IMG/VR virus record: IMGVR_UViG_3300047160_017115
Location: 1-64,000 of that record
DNA: 64,000 nt
DNA from: a virus
Taxonomy: Duplodnaviria; Caudoviricetes
Reading direction: 5' to 3' (one strand)
Of this stretch, positions 26,645-35,050 are shown one piece after another. How positions within the stretch are numbered: position 1 is the first letter of the stretch; each line of letters starts with the position of its first letter. The translations under genes and the position numbers were made by a program. The notes below the pieces were generated by a model. The model did not search any database. It was not told where the DNA came from and worked only from the letters and a program-made list of their open reading frames with translations.

Positions 26645-27493
26645 ATGCCGCGGGCGGAAGGTGCGCACCCGCTAAAGCCGAAATTCGGCCCCGCCAAGGG
26701 ACCACGCCATCACGCGGTATGTAAGACACAGGCCCCGGACTTCAACGGGGTGTCGCCTCCCCCCAGGACTCTCAAGGAGGCGTCGCGTCTCGCCCGCAAG
26801 TATTACCCCCACTTCGAGCGCTACTTTCGCTGGCGGGCCCAACGCTACCTCTGGCCGTCCGGGTCGTGCGGCCCCCAGCAATGCCAGGCAAACGAACTTC
26901 TCGGATGGTTCTACGAGTGTTGGGTCCACCTCTGGACGTATTACGACCCCACCAGGGGTTCGGCCCCCAACCTGTTCGAGTACGTAATCCGTAGCAAGTT
27001 TCGCGGCAAGGAACTGTCGTACATCGGCGGGCGCACGACCTCCGACCACAACGGTCTCGAGTTTTATGCGCCTAGGGAGCTCAGTGAGCTCGAGAAGTAC
27101 GGTTCTCTTGCGTTCGAAGAAGGCCCCGACGCGCACCCACTCGACCGTCACAAGACCTGCCCCTCGACAGAGGGCGAGTGGGCCGCCGAGCTCATCGAGG
27201 AGCTAGGAGGCCTAGCGGCACTGATCGCGCTCATCCAGAAGCGGTGCGACACAAGGACGGCGGAGATCCTCATCAGGGCCGCCCGCGGCGAGACGCTCAG
27301 CTCGGTCGCCGTGACGTTCGGGGTGACCAAACAACGCGTCAGTCAACTCTGGCAGAAAGGGGCCGAGAGACTCCGCTACGCGTTACTGACCACAGGCAAG
27401 CTGAAGGAACCCTGGGCCGACACCACGAGGTGGCATCAGATTGACGCGCGGTTCCCGTCCAACCCGTCAGTCGAGAGCACGGTACACGCCTAA
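26645..27493 (+). CDS. sigma70-like factor, paralog 1 of triplet D
   Basis: region 2-like ELLGWFYECWVHLWTYYDPTRGS and region 4 HTH GETLSSVAVTFGVTKQRVSQL. Confidence 0.75.
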   Translation: MPRAEGAHPLKPKFGPAKGPRHHAVCKTQAPDFNGVSPPPRTLKEASRLARKYYPHFERYFRWRAQRYLWPSGSCGPQQCQANELLGWFYECWVHLWTYYDPTRGSAPNLFEYVIRSKFRGKELSYIGGRTTSDHNGLEFYAPRELSELEKYGSLAFEEGPDAHPLDRHKTCPSTEGEWAAELIEELGGLAALIALIQKRCDTRTAEILIRAARGETLSSVAVTFGVTKQRVSQLWQKGAERLRYALLTTGKLKEPWADTTRWHQIDARFPSNPSVESTVHA

Positions 27494-27511
27494 CACCACC
27501 ACGGAGGCCAG

Positions 27512-28414
27512 ATGTCACGCGGAACCGAGAGGTCGAGGGGCAACGACGTTGCTCACGTCTACGGCGGTCAAGAGTCGTCGAGGGTGAGGACCGGCAGCCG
27601 CTACACCCCGCCAGATTTCAGCGACCTGTCGACCCCTCCCCGCTCGCTCGAAGAGGCGAAGCGCCTCGCGGTCAAGTACTACCCACAGTACGAGAACCTC
27701 TTGTGGTGGTTCGACAAACGGTTCCGTGCCGGGGCCGCCAGGATGGGGATCAAGAACTTCGAGAGCGGTGAGCTCCTCGGCTGGCTGTACGAGCGCTGGG
27801 TCTACCTCTGGACCATCTACGACCCGGCCAAAGGCGCGGTGACCACCCACTACAACTACTGCGTCCGTGGGTTCTTCAACACCGCGGTCTTCAAGCTCAA
27901 CGGCGGCTACACCCCCGACGGTCACAGTAAGACCAAGCACCGGAGCAACGACTACTTCAGAATTCTCGAGAAGACGGAGGAGCGAAGTAGTAAGGGCACA
28001 CGCACGGGCAAGAGACGCTTTGCCACAAAGGACACAGAAAAACCTGCGAACCAACAAGACACCCAAGCCGAGGTGAGGGAGAACGACTGGTCCACAGACC
28101 TTCTGAACAGCCTCGGAGGCCCCGGGGCGCTCGAGGCAATCGTACGCGGTCGCCTCGACGCGAGGACGGCCACGATCCTGCTCCAGAGTGCCGAGGGGAT
28201 GAACCTCGGAGACATCGGCCGCGGTCTCGGGATCACTAAAGAGCGCACCCGTCAGCTCCGCGTCCGAGGGGCTAAACAGCTCAGGAAGCACCTCCTATGT
28301 AGGGGGATGCTACACGAACCGTGGCTCACCGACGTCGTGAAACGCGACGACGCCGTCACGTTTGGGTATGGGCACAGGAGTAAACCACGTACGAAGAACG
28401 GACTTGACCGCTAA
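27512..28414 (+). CDS. sigma70-like factor, paralog 2 of triplet D
   Basis: ELLGWLYERWVYLWTIYDPAKG; GMNLGDIGRGLGITKERTRQL. Confidence 0.78.
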   Translation: MSRGTERSRGNDVAHVYGGQESSRVRTGSRYTPPDFSDLSTPPRSLEEAKRLAVKYYPQYENLLWWFDKRFRAGAARMGIKNFESGELLGWLYERWVYLWTIYDPAKGAVTTHYNYCVRGFFNTAVFKLNGGYTPDGHSKTKHRSNDYFRILEKTEERSSKGTRTGKRRFATKDTEKPANQQDTQAEVRENDWSTDLLNSLGGPGALEAIVRGRLDARTATILLQSAEGMNLGDIGRGLGITKERTRQLRVRGAKQLRKHLLCRGMLHEPWLTDVVKRDDAVTFGYGHRSKPRTKNGLDR

Positions 28415-28429
28415 CACCACGGAGGCCAG

Positions 28430-29443
28430 ATGTCACGCGGAACCAAACACCCTAACGCCGTCGTTAAGCGTCGCGCCTACCCCGTGACAACGGCGGGCGC
28501 GCCGCAGACCAACAAGAACTTCGTCCCACCCGATTTCAGCAACCTCTCGCCACCGCCACGCCCTCTTGAAGAGGCGAAGCGTCTCGCGCGTGAGTACTAC
28601 CCTCACTACGAGAGGCTCCTGTGGTATCACGAAAAGAGATTACGCAAGGGCGCCTACGGGAACGGCGTCAAAGAGTTACAGAAAGGGGACATCATCGGGT
28701 GGTTGTACGAGTGCTGGGTTCGCGTCTGGACCGTCTACGACCCAACGAGGGGTTCGGTCTCGAACATCTTCGGCTACCTCACACTCGACTTCTACCGCTC
28801 CCACGTCTACGACACCTACGGTGGCCGCAGGTCACGGATGAATAAGAAGACCGAGACCCACGACCACAACTACTTCAGACTCCTTGAAAAGGACAACGAA
28901 CGCCCTCACAAGATCGAAAGCTGGTTGCAACATTTCCACGAGAAGATAGCCCCACACAGCCCCCTGAACTATCTAGACATCCACACCGAGGAGAGAGATA
29001 GCGACTGGAGTTCAGAGGTGATGGAGCGCCTCGGTGGGTACGGGAAGCTCGAGACCCTGATACACACGCACCTCGACGCGAAGACGGCCGATGTCCTACT
29101 CAAGAGCAACGAGGGTAAGACGCTCGAAGAGATCGGGACTGAGTACGGCGTCGTCAAGGAACGCATCCGACAGGTCAGACTCAAAGGGGCCAAGGAACTC
29201 AGACGGCTCCTGCTACGCGAGGGGGCACTGAACGAGCAGTGGCTTGTCGACCTCGCCCGTGACGACGTCGCCACCAGTTTCAGAAGGCAGTTCCGCCGAC
29301 AGTCCCTGGGCGGTAAAGACCCACAGATCACACACAAGAGGACCACACGTGACAGCCCGAGCAACAGGAACCGTGCGCGTGACCCCCAGGGTGACGTGCC
29401 AGCAGCTCAACACCTTCGACCGCAAGATGAAACTGGAGCGTGA
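28430..29443 (+). CDS. sigma70-like factor, paralog 3 of triplet D
   Basis: DIIGWLYECWVRVWTVYDPTRGS; GKTLEEIGTEYGVVKERIRQV. Confidence 0.8.
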   Translation: MSRGTKHPNAVVKRRAYPVTTAGAPQTNKNFVPPDFSNLSPPPRPLEEAKRLAREYYPHYERLLWYHEKRLRKGAYGNGVKELQKGDIIGWLYECWVRVWTVYDPTRGSVSNIFGYLTLDFYRSHVYDTYGGRRSRMNKKTETHDHNYFRLLEKDNERPHKIESWLQHFHEKIAPHSPLNYLDIHTEERDSDWSSEVMERLGGYGKLETLIHTHLDAKTADVLLKSNEGKTLEEIGTEYGVVKERIRQVRLKGAKELRRLLLREGALNEQWLVDLARDDVATSFRRQFRRQSLGGKDPQITHKRTTRDSPSNRNRARDPQGDVPAAQHLRPQDETGA

Positions 29444-29573
29444 ACACAGGCTCGCCGTGACCATTCCCGACGGCGCCTGCCCCGCCGTCATCGAGGCCGC
29501 CCTCATCGATCGCTGCCGGCGGTTGACGCCCTTACGGCACCTCGACGACTTCGAGTTCGAGGTCGTCAATCTC

Positions 29574-29586
29574 GAAAACGGTTTTG
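29574..29586 (+). promoter_or_regulatory. 13-bp motif RAAAACGGTTTYG
   Basis: GAAAACGGTTTTG about 30 nt upstream of dcd. Confidence 0.6.
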
Positions 29587-29614
29587 GGGACATCCCGTAA
29601 GGAGCCGCACGACG

Positions 29615-30283
29615 ATGCTCGGCAAAGCCGCGATTCTCGAGGAGATGGCGAAGGGGAACATCGTCATCGACCCCTTCGACCCCGCCCAGCTCAACCCCAA
29701 CAGCTACAACCTCAGACTCGACCACGAGCTCCTCATTTACAACGTGACCGATTGGTCCGAGGACCAGAGGCGGCTAGTCGGGGGCTGGGACCGGAGCCAG
29801 GACTACCAACCCATCCTGGACGCCGCGTACAACAACCACACCTGTAAGATCAAGCCCCACCCGTACTCGAAGATGTTCGGCTACGAACCCGAGGCCCCCA
29901 ACGTCGACCCCAAGATCTACGAGGACCCTGGCGTCTTCTTCCTGACGCCAGGGAACCTCTACCTCGGCTCGACCATCGAGTACACGGAGACAGGGACCGG
30001 TCTCGTACCGTGCATCGAGGGCAGGTCCTCCGTCGCCAGGCTCGGCCTCTCAGTCCACCTCACGGCGGGCTTCGGGGACGCCGGGTTCGAGGGTCAGTGG
30101 ACCCTCGAGATCACCGTCGTCCATCCCCTTATCGTCTTCCCCGGTATGCAGATCTGTCAGATCTGCTACTCCCGCCTGGAGGGCGAGCCCCAGCAGTATT
30201 CAGGGAAGTATCAGGGCCAGCGCGGCCCCCAACCCAGTCGGTTTTATAAGGAATTCGAGGCCCAACGGCCGAAAGATTGCTAG
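29615..30283 (+). CDS. dcd: dCTP deaminase
   Basis: QLNPNSYNLRL, IEGRSSVARLGL, TAGFGDAGFEGQWTLEI, GMQICQI, YSGKYQGQ. Confidence 0.95.
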   Translation: MLGKAAILEEMAKGNIVIDPFDPAQLNPNSYNLRLDHELLIYNVTDWSEDQRRLVGGWDRSQDYQPILDAAYNNHTCKIKPHPYSKMFGYEPEAPNVDPKIYEDPGVFFLTPGNLYLGSTIEYTETGTGLVPCIEGRSSVARLGLSVHLTAGFGDAGFEGQWTLEITVVHPLIVFPGMQICQICYSRLEGEPQQYSGKYQGQRGPQPSRFYKEFEAQRPKDC

Positions 30284-30344
30284 TAACTCCGTACGGTGCC
30301 GTACGAGCGACACAGTCCGAGACGGTACTGATGAGACCCAAAAC

Positions 30345-30698
30345 ATGGCAGACCCAGAGAACCCAAACAGGCGACGGAAACAGAGTGCCCAGGAACGGGC
30401 CCAGGACAAGCGTAGGGCCGTCCTGAGCCCTGAGGAGCTCGAGAGACAGGAGAACGTGAACAGGCTCCAGACGACGCTAGCAGACGCCGGCATGAGCCTC
30501 CGGAACGTCAACACCCTGGAGGAGGCGGGGATCTTCACGGTAGGCGATTTGGTGGCCCTGTCGGGAGAACAGGTCAGGGCCGTGGAGAACTTCGGTGACA
30601 GGGCCTACGAGGAGGCCAAACAGGTGGTGAGCCGGTTGGGGGTCTACCCCAAGTCCTGGGGGATGACTCCACCACGGGGTTCGAAACGGCTGAGGTAG
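30345..30698 (+). CDS. RNA polymerase alpha-CTD-like protein
   Basis: LADAGMSLRNVNTLEEAGIFTVGDLVALSGEQVRAVENFGDRAYEEA matches alpha-CTD HhH pattern. Confidence 0.8.
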   Translation: MADPENPNRRRKQSAQERAQDKRRAVLSPEELERQENVNRLQTTLADAGMSLRNVNTLEEAGIFTVGDLVALSGEQVRAVENFGDRAYEEAKQVVSRLGVYPKSWGMTPPRGSKRLR

Positions 30699-30714
30699 GG
30701 ATAAGAACGCAGTG

Positions 30715-30879
30715 GTAGTTGCCCGACAGGGATTGGAACCAAAAACAACTACGAGTTGCCTCTTCTTGTTCGGGGAACGGATCAGGGGGACGGAGGACCC
30801 CCCGTTCCACCGGACAAGAAGAGGGTTAAATAACCCCGTAGGGGTTAACAATAAATAAACAACCAGACTTATCTCTGGT
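30715..30879. other. multi-hairpin, partly AT-rich non-coding region (candidate ncRNA or origin)
   Basis: helices GTAGTTG/CAACTAC, CCTCTTCTTGTTCGG/CCGGACAAGAAGAGG with inner GGAACGG/CCGTTCC, TAACCCC-gta-GGGGTTA, ACCAGA/TCTGGT; ACAATAAATAAACAA tract. Confidence 0.6.
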
Positions 30880-30907
30880 CCCGTCCCGCACCCTGCAGGA
30901 GCCGTCC

Positions 30908-31681
30908 TTGCCTGATCTGAACTTCGACATTACGGCTGTAGCCTCCGACCCTGTCTCCGCTGCCGTCCGAACCGCCGTCTTCGGTCCGCTCATGCGGCGC
31001 GACGTCCCTCCACACGACGACCCCGAGTGGCCGCGCCGTTACGCTCAACTCAGAACCGTGTGGCACAAACGTATCGCGTCCCTCCAGGCGCATGGGTGGG
31101 ACGTCGCCGAGAACGCCCTCCGTCGCCAGTACATGCGGAACTGCCCTCCCGTGGGGGCTCGCTCGGTCGACAGCGCTCGTAGCTGTCATCGCTCCCGTGT
31201 CTGTCCGTTCTGCTACGGTCGAGAACGGGTGAGGGAGCCGCTCGAGCGTCTGCTCCCCTACCTGGGGGAGGACAAGATGGTGGTGTCCTTCCGAGCCGTC
31301 GCCGACTTCCAGCGCGTCGCTCAGTTCGAGCCGCTACTCCTCTCCATGATAAAGGCCGACAGGGCGCGTGAGGCCCGCCAACTTACCGGGGCCGGTTACG
31401 TCAACCAGCGCCTCTACCTGGACCGGGAGGTTGTGGGGATTGAGCGTCGCGGCATCTTCGTCTGCCCGAAAGGACCTTTGTCGTCTCTCGGTGGTGTTAA
31501 GGTGTGGCGTCACCACCCGACTGAGGAGGCACTTTGTAAGGCGGCGTCGTACGCCCTCTCCTACTCACCCTGGTTCCTTCAGGGGTTGCCGCAGGACGTC
31601 GTCGTTGTCATGAAAGGTTTGGGCAAGACGCGCCTGCTGGTAGGTTACGGGCTCCAGGCCGACACCGAGTCGGACGAGTAG
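30908..31681 (+). CDS. hypothetical protein with SCHRSRVCPFC zinc knuckle
   Basis: TTG start after GCAGGAG; CxxxxxCPxC motif. Confidence 0.65.
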   Translation: MPDLNFDITAVASDPVSAAVRTAVFGPLMRRDVPPHDDPEWPRRYAQLRTVWHKRIASLQAHGWDVAENALRRQYMRNCPPVGARSVDSARSCHRSRVCPFCYGRERVREPLERLLPYLGEDKMVVSFRAVADFQRVAQFEPLLLSMIKADRAREARQLTGAGYVNQRLYLDREVVGIERRGIFVCPKGPLSSLGGVKVWRHHPTEEALCKAASYALSYSPWFLQGLPQDVVVVMKGLGKTRLLVGYGLQADTESDE

Positions 31682-31693
31682 AAAACGGTTTCG
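31681..31693 (+). promoter_or_regulatory. 13-bp motif RAAAACGGTTTYG
   Basis: GAAAACGGTTTCG intergenic, directly upstream of PIG-L gene. Confidence 0.6.
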
Positions 31694-31703
31694 GGCCGAA
31701 CCC

Positions 31704-32426
31704 GTGTTCCAAGACCACACGCGCGTCATGGTCCTCGCCCCCCACGCCGACGATGAGTCGCTGGGGTGCGGTGGCCTCCTCTCCCGTTTCAGATCGAGTT
31801 TCGAGGCCAGAGGGGAACCGCATACCTCCCTGGTTCTGTGCTCAAACTCCGACGTCACCGTCCACCACGGCCTGTCCCACCGTTTCGTTGCGGCTACGGA
31901 ACGTAGGAAAGAGTTCGAAGCCGTCGCCTGGCAGTTGGCGGCTTCGACGTGTTTCCTCACGTTCAAAACCCGACACCTACGCGACGAGCCTTCCCTTCTC
32001 GTGCAGACCTTGGAACACGTTATTGAGGGCGAACGGCCCTCTGTGCTCCTGATCCCAGGCCCGTCCTTCCACGAGGATCACACCGCCGTCTACCGTGCGG
32101 CCGTCGCCGCGCTGCGTCCCAGGCACTGTCGTTCCGTCCGCCTCGTCCTGGCGTACGAGACGCCCTATTACGCGTGGGCGGCCCAGGGCGACACTTTCGT
32201 CCCCGACGTCTTCGTGCGCCTCTCTACGGCCGAGCTAGAGGCCAAGAAACGCCTCTGTGCGTTCTACACGTCCCAACGCCTCGACACCCCTGACGGTCAG
32301 GAGGCCGTTGAGCGCCTGGCGCGTCGTCGTGGCGCCGAGCTGGAGCCTGTGCCCCACCCCTCCGAGCTCGACGCCGGTCCTCCCCTGGCCGAGGCCTATA
32401 GCCTCGTCCGTTGCGTCCTCAACTAG
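31704..32426 (+). CDS. PIG-L/LmbE-family deacetylase
   Basis: VLAPHADDESLGCGG, RRKE, HEDH, LAYE motifs. Confidence 0.92.
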   Translation: MFQDHTRVMVLAPHADDESLGCGGLLSRFRSSFEARGEPHTSLVLCSNSDVTVHHGLSHRFVAATERRKEFEAVAWQLAASTCFLTFKTRHLRDEPSLLVQTLEHVIEGERPSVLLIPGPSFHEDHTAVYRAAVAALRPRHCRSVRLVLAYETPYYAWAAQGDTFVPDVFVRLSTAELEAKKRLCAFYTSQRLDTPDGQEAVERLARRRGAELEPVPHPSELDAGPPLAEAYSLVRCVLN

Positions 32427-32433
32427 CGGTTTG

Positions 32434-32466
32434 TCATGCCGTCCCGGGGGCTTCATACCCGGAGAC
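32434..32466 (+). repeat. dispersed 33-bp hairpin repeat, copy 7
   Basis: TCATGCCGTCCCGGGGGCTTCATACCCGGAGAC. Confidence 0.92.
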
Positions 32467-32540
32467 TTGACCATCGACGAGCTCATCGAACTTGAGCTTC
32501 TATGAGGGCCTGGTCTTCCTTTCAAACGTCTACGGGTCTG

Positions 32541-32573
32541 TCATGCCGCCCCGGGGGCTTCGTACCCGGAGAT
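32541..32573 (+). repeat. dispersed 33-bp hairpin repeat, copy 8
   Basis: TCATGCCGCCCCGGGGGCTTCGTACCCGGAGAT, runs into GGAG RBS of ATG 32585. Confidence 0.92.
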
Positions 32574-32584
32574 GGAGCCTCACC

Positions 32585-32980
32585 ATGCCTAACAAGTGTT
32601 TCTACGACGACCAGACAGGTCGAACCTCGTACACCTCGGACGGGACCATCGGGGCCCCTCAGGCCAAGCCCCTTACCTTCCGGTACACGACCGAAGAGCT
32701 CAAGGCACACTGCGCCCGTCGTGTCACGGGCTACACCGAACGGTTGTCAGAGTTGGAGGATGCTGACAACGAGATTGGTGACGCCTCGAACTCTCAAGAC
32801 GATGACCTCATGGCCGCGGCGCACAACGCGTTGGACGCTGCGTCGAAGGAAGATGAAGAGGGGGCCTTGTGGAACGCGCGGATCTTCTTCGCGACCATCG
32901 GCCAGCTCCTGTCCCGTACCGACCCCTCCGGCGTCCACCTCCTGACCCTCTCCGAGCTCATCGAACTTGAGCTCGTCTGA
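32585..32980 (+). CDS. hypothetical protein
   Basis: ATG 32585 with GGAG RBS; ends LTLSELIELELV. Confidence 0.7.
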   Translation: MPNKCFYDDQTGRTSYTSDGTIGAPQAKPLTFRYTTEELKAHCARRVTGYTERLSELEDADNEIGDASNSQDDDLMAAAHNALDAASKEDEEGALWNARIFFATIGQLLSRTDPSGVHLLTLSELIELELV

Positions 32981-33455
32981 CGACCTGGTCCTCCTCGTCG
33001 TTTTGCAGAACGCCTATGGCCGAGGCCCTCTAGTTGAGGGCTATAACCCCACGCGCTGGAAGCAGGCCTTCGAATCTAGTCGCACAGGGGTTCGGCTCTC
33101 CCGGGCCCTTCCTGGGGAGGGGTGGAAAGTAAGGTTCACGAACGCGAACCCTGGCCTCGGCCTGGGCCCGTCGTCGTACCTCCCTGCCGACGTCCGGCAC
33201 CTGCGGCGGGCCCTCCGTCGCACGACGCCGGACGTCGTGCTCGTCTGTGGGCGTTCTGCGTCAGTAACCGCCGACATCTGGGGCGGTCCCTTGGTGTCGA
33301 TCCCACACCCCGCCTACCGTTGTCTGACGAATAACCTTCTGGACTGGTGCCGTGAGCACCTCGAGAAGTTCGCCGCAGACGCGGCGTGCCGTCCGAGGTT
33401 TCGCTTCCAGCTCGTCCAAGAGTTGAACGGCGTCCACAAACACAACTTTGAGTGA
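32967..33455 (+). CDS. uracil-DNA glycosylase-superfamily-like protein
   Basis: FTNA, VVLVCGRSA, SIPHPAYR motifs. Confidence 0.6.
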   Translation: MSSSDDLVLLVVLQNAYGRGPLVEGYNPTRWKQAFESSRTGVRLSRALPGEGWKVRFTNANPGLGLGPSSYLPADVRHLRRALRRTTPDVVLVCGRSASVTADIWGGPLVSIPHPAYRCLTNNLLDWCREHLEKFAADAACRPRFRFQLVQELNGVHKHNFE

Positions 33456-33694
33456 ATTTCAAGAATGCAGACCGGCAAAGGGCTGCCTCCTAAAGTGGCG
33501 GCCTACCTCACGGGCACCGACCACCGAAGACAGGTCGAGTGTTCCGACATTCGACGACAGAAGCGCCGTACTTCCAAGCAGCGACGTCGGCTCGACGTCG
33601 CTCAGGTGCGCAGCGACGAAAGCGCAAACTCGGACGTGAGACACGAACAGTACGTTCGGCGTCATTCGCTTCGGCGGGATCGCCCCGTCGGCTG

Positions 33695-34372
33695 ATGCCA
33701 CCGGTCTTGGGGGCTGAGCCACGCAAGCGCGCGGCCGCCCTCGCCCTCGACGCGGTCGCCGACGACCGCTCACGCGTGAGCCGGTACAAGTCGTACTGGA
33801 GGAAAATCACGCCCTCGGACCCAACGGAGCGCTTCCGCCGCTGGCTCTTCGCGTACGCGAGCGTCCAGACGGGCTGGAAGCGCAACATCGTGATCTACGA
33901 GGCCCTCGCGGCCCCCGGCCTGTCCTTCGACCCCCAGAACCTCGAGCAGGTCCTGACGGGTTGCGGGGCGGGCATGCAACGGGTGCGCTCGCGGGGCCTT
34001 GCCCGTTTCCACGCCGACTACTGGTCGGCACCCGATGAGTTCCTCCCATCGGGTGGTGAAACCTTCGCCGCTTGCAGGGACCGGCTCGTCCCCAGGGTCT
34101 ACGGCCTCGGGGTCGCCAAGGTCAGCTTCGCCCTCGAGATGGTGGCGCCTCTGGAGTGCGACGCCGTCTGCCTCGACAGACATCTCCTGCGGCTCTACGG
34201 GGTCGACCCCGAGGCCGCCACGCTCTCAGGCTACAAGACCGCGGAGGCCCACTGGAGGCGTGCGTGCGCGCGCCGCGGCCTGCCGTGTCCGATCGCCCGC
34301 CACATCGTCTGGGACCGCGTCCAGGGGCAGCGCTCGACGCGCTACTGGTCCCGCGTCTTCGAGACGAACTGA
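33695..34372 (+). CDS. HhH-GPD-type DNA glycosylase-like protein
   Basis: VYGLGVAKVSFALEM HhH and VCLDRHLLRLYG catalytic Asp motif. Confidence 0.75.
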   Translation: MPPVLGAEPRKRAAALALDAVADDRSRVSRYKSYWRKITPSDPTERFRRWLFAYASVQTGWKRNIVIYEALAAPGLSFDPQNLEQVLTGCGAGMQRVRSRGLARFHADYWSAPDEFLPSGGETFAACRDRLVPRVYGLGVAKVSFALEMVAPLECDAVCLDRHLLRLYGVDPEAATLSGYKTAEAHWRRACARRGLPCPIARHIVWDRVQGQRSTRYWSRVFETN

Positions 34373-34389
34373 GCAGAGAGGGGTGCGCG

Positions 34390-34659
34390 ATGAAACGCAG
34401 TACGTTCCTCCACGTCCTCGCCGGCGTCGTCCTCGGTACGTCCGCGGTCTTGTGGTCTGTCGTGCTGTTGGGGTACACGGACCCCACCTCGTGCCCCCTC
34501 TGCGCCCGCGCCAGGGACGCCGAGCCGTCATGCCTTCCCGGGGGCTTAGTACCCGGAGACGAGGTCAACTGTTCGCCCCCTCTATCCGGGAGAAGAACGT
34601 TGAGCACTTTCGGAGATAGCACCACGACCGCGGTGTCTACAACCCTCAGATACGATTAG
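34390..34659 (+). CDS. small membrane/secreted protein containing a repeat copy in frame
   Basis: hydrophobic N-terminus, CPLC; may be an artefact of repeat insertion. Confidence 0.4.
   Translation: MKRSTFLHVLAGVVLGTSAVLWSVVLLGYTDPTSCPLCARARDAEPSCLPGGLVPGDEVNCSPPLSGRRTLSTFGDSTTTAVSTTLRYD
34528..34560 (+). repeat. dispersed 33-bp hairpin repeat, copy 9 (solitary)
   Basis: TCATGCCTTCCCGGGGGCTTAGTACCCGGAGAC. Confidence 0.92.
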
Positions 34660-34672
34660 AAGGAGAGCGCCT

Positions 34673-35050
34673 GTGTCGGATGGCGGTTTTTTCAAAACGC
34701 CTCTCGGCGAGCTATGTGACGCTGAACTCGGCAGGGCCCACGCCGCTCTTGAGGCGGAGGTGGAGAACCGGAGGAAGTTGAAGGTCGCGGCCGAGCTCGA
34801 ACATCGGTACGAGTTCCTGAGCCTCCTGTTGAAGAAGACGCAGGACCTCCTCCAGTTCTTCCCGTACCACGACAACCCCGACGACAAGGACTGCCGGGAC
34901 GACCAGGCGTTTAACACGTACAGTGGCGTTCCGAGATGTTCGCGGTGCGCGATCCTCTTCGTCCTGAAACACCAACCCGATCACTACAAGTTCCGATTCG
35001 TGGCGGAGATTTCGCCTCTGCACGAATACGACGAGAGAGACTACAGATGA
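34673..35050 (+). CDS. hypothetical protein
   Basis: GTG start after AAGGAG; C...CSRC. Confidence 0.65.
   Translation: MSDGGFFKTPLGELCDAELGRAHAALEAEVENRRKLKVAAELEHRYEFLSLLLKKTQDLLQFFPYHDNPDDKDCRDDQAFNTYSGVPRCSRCAILFVLKHQPDHYKFRFVAEISPLHEYDERDYR

Noticed and set aside
29244-29600. ORF overlapping the third sigma gene
   Set aside because: At most a 57-codon tail from ATG 29427 is plausible; not enough support to call
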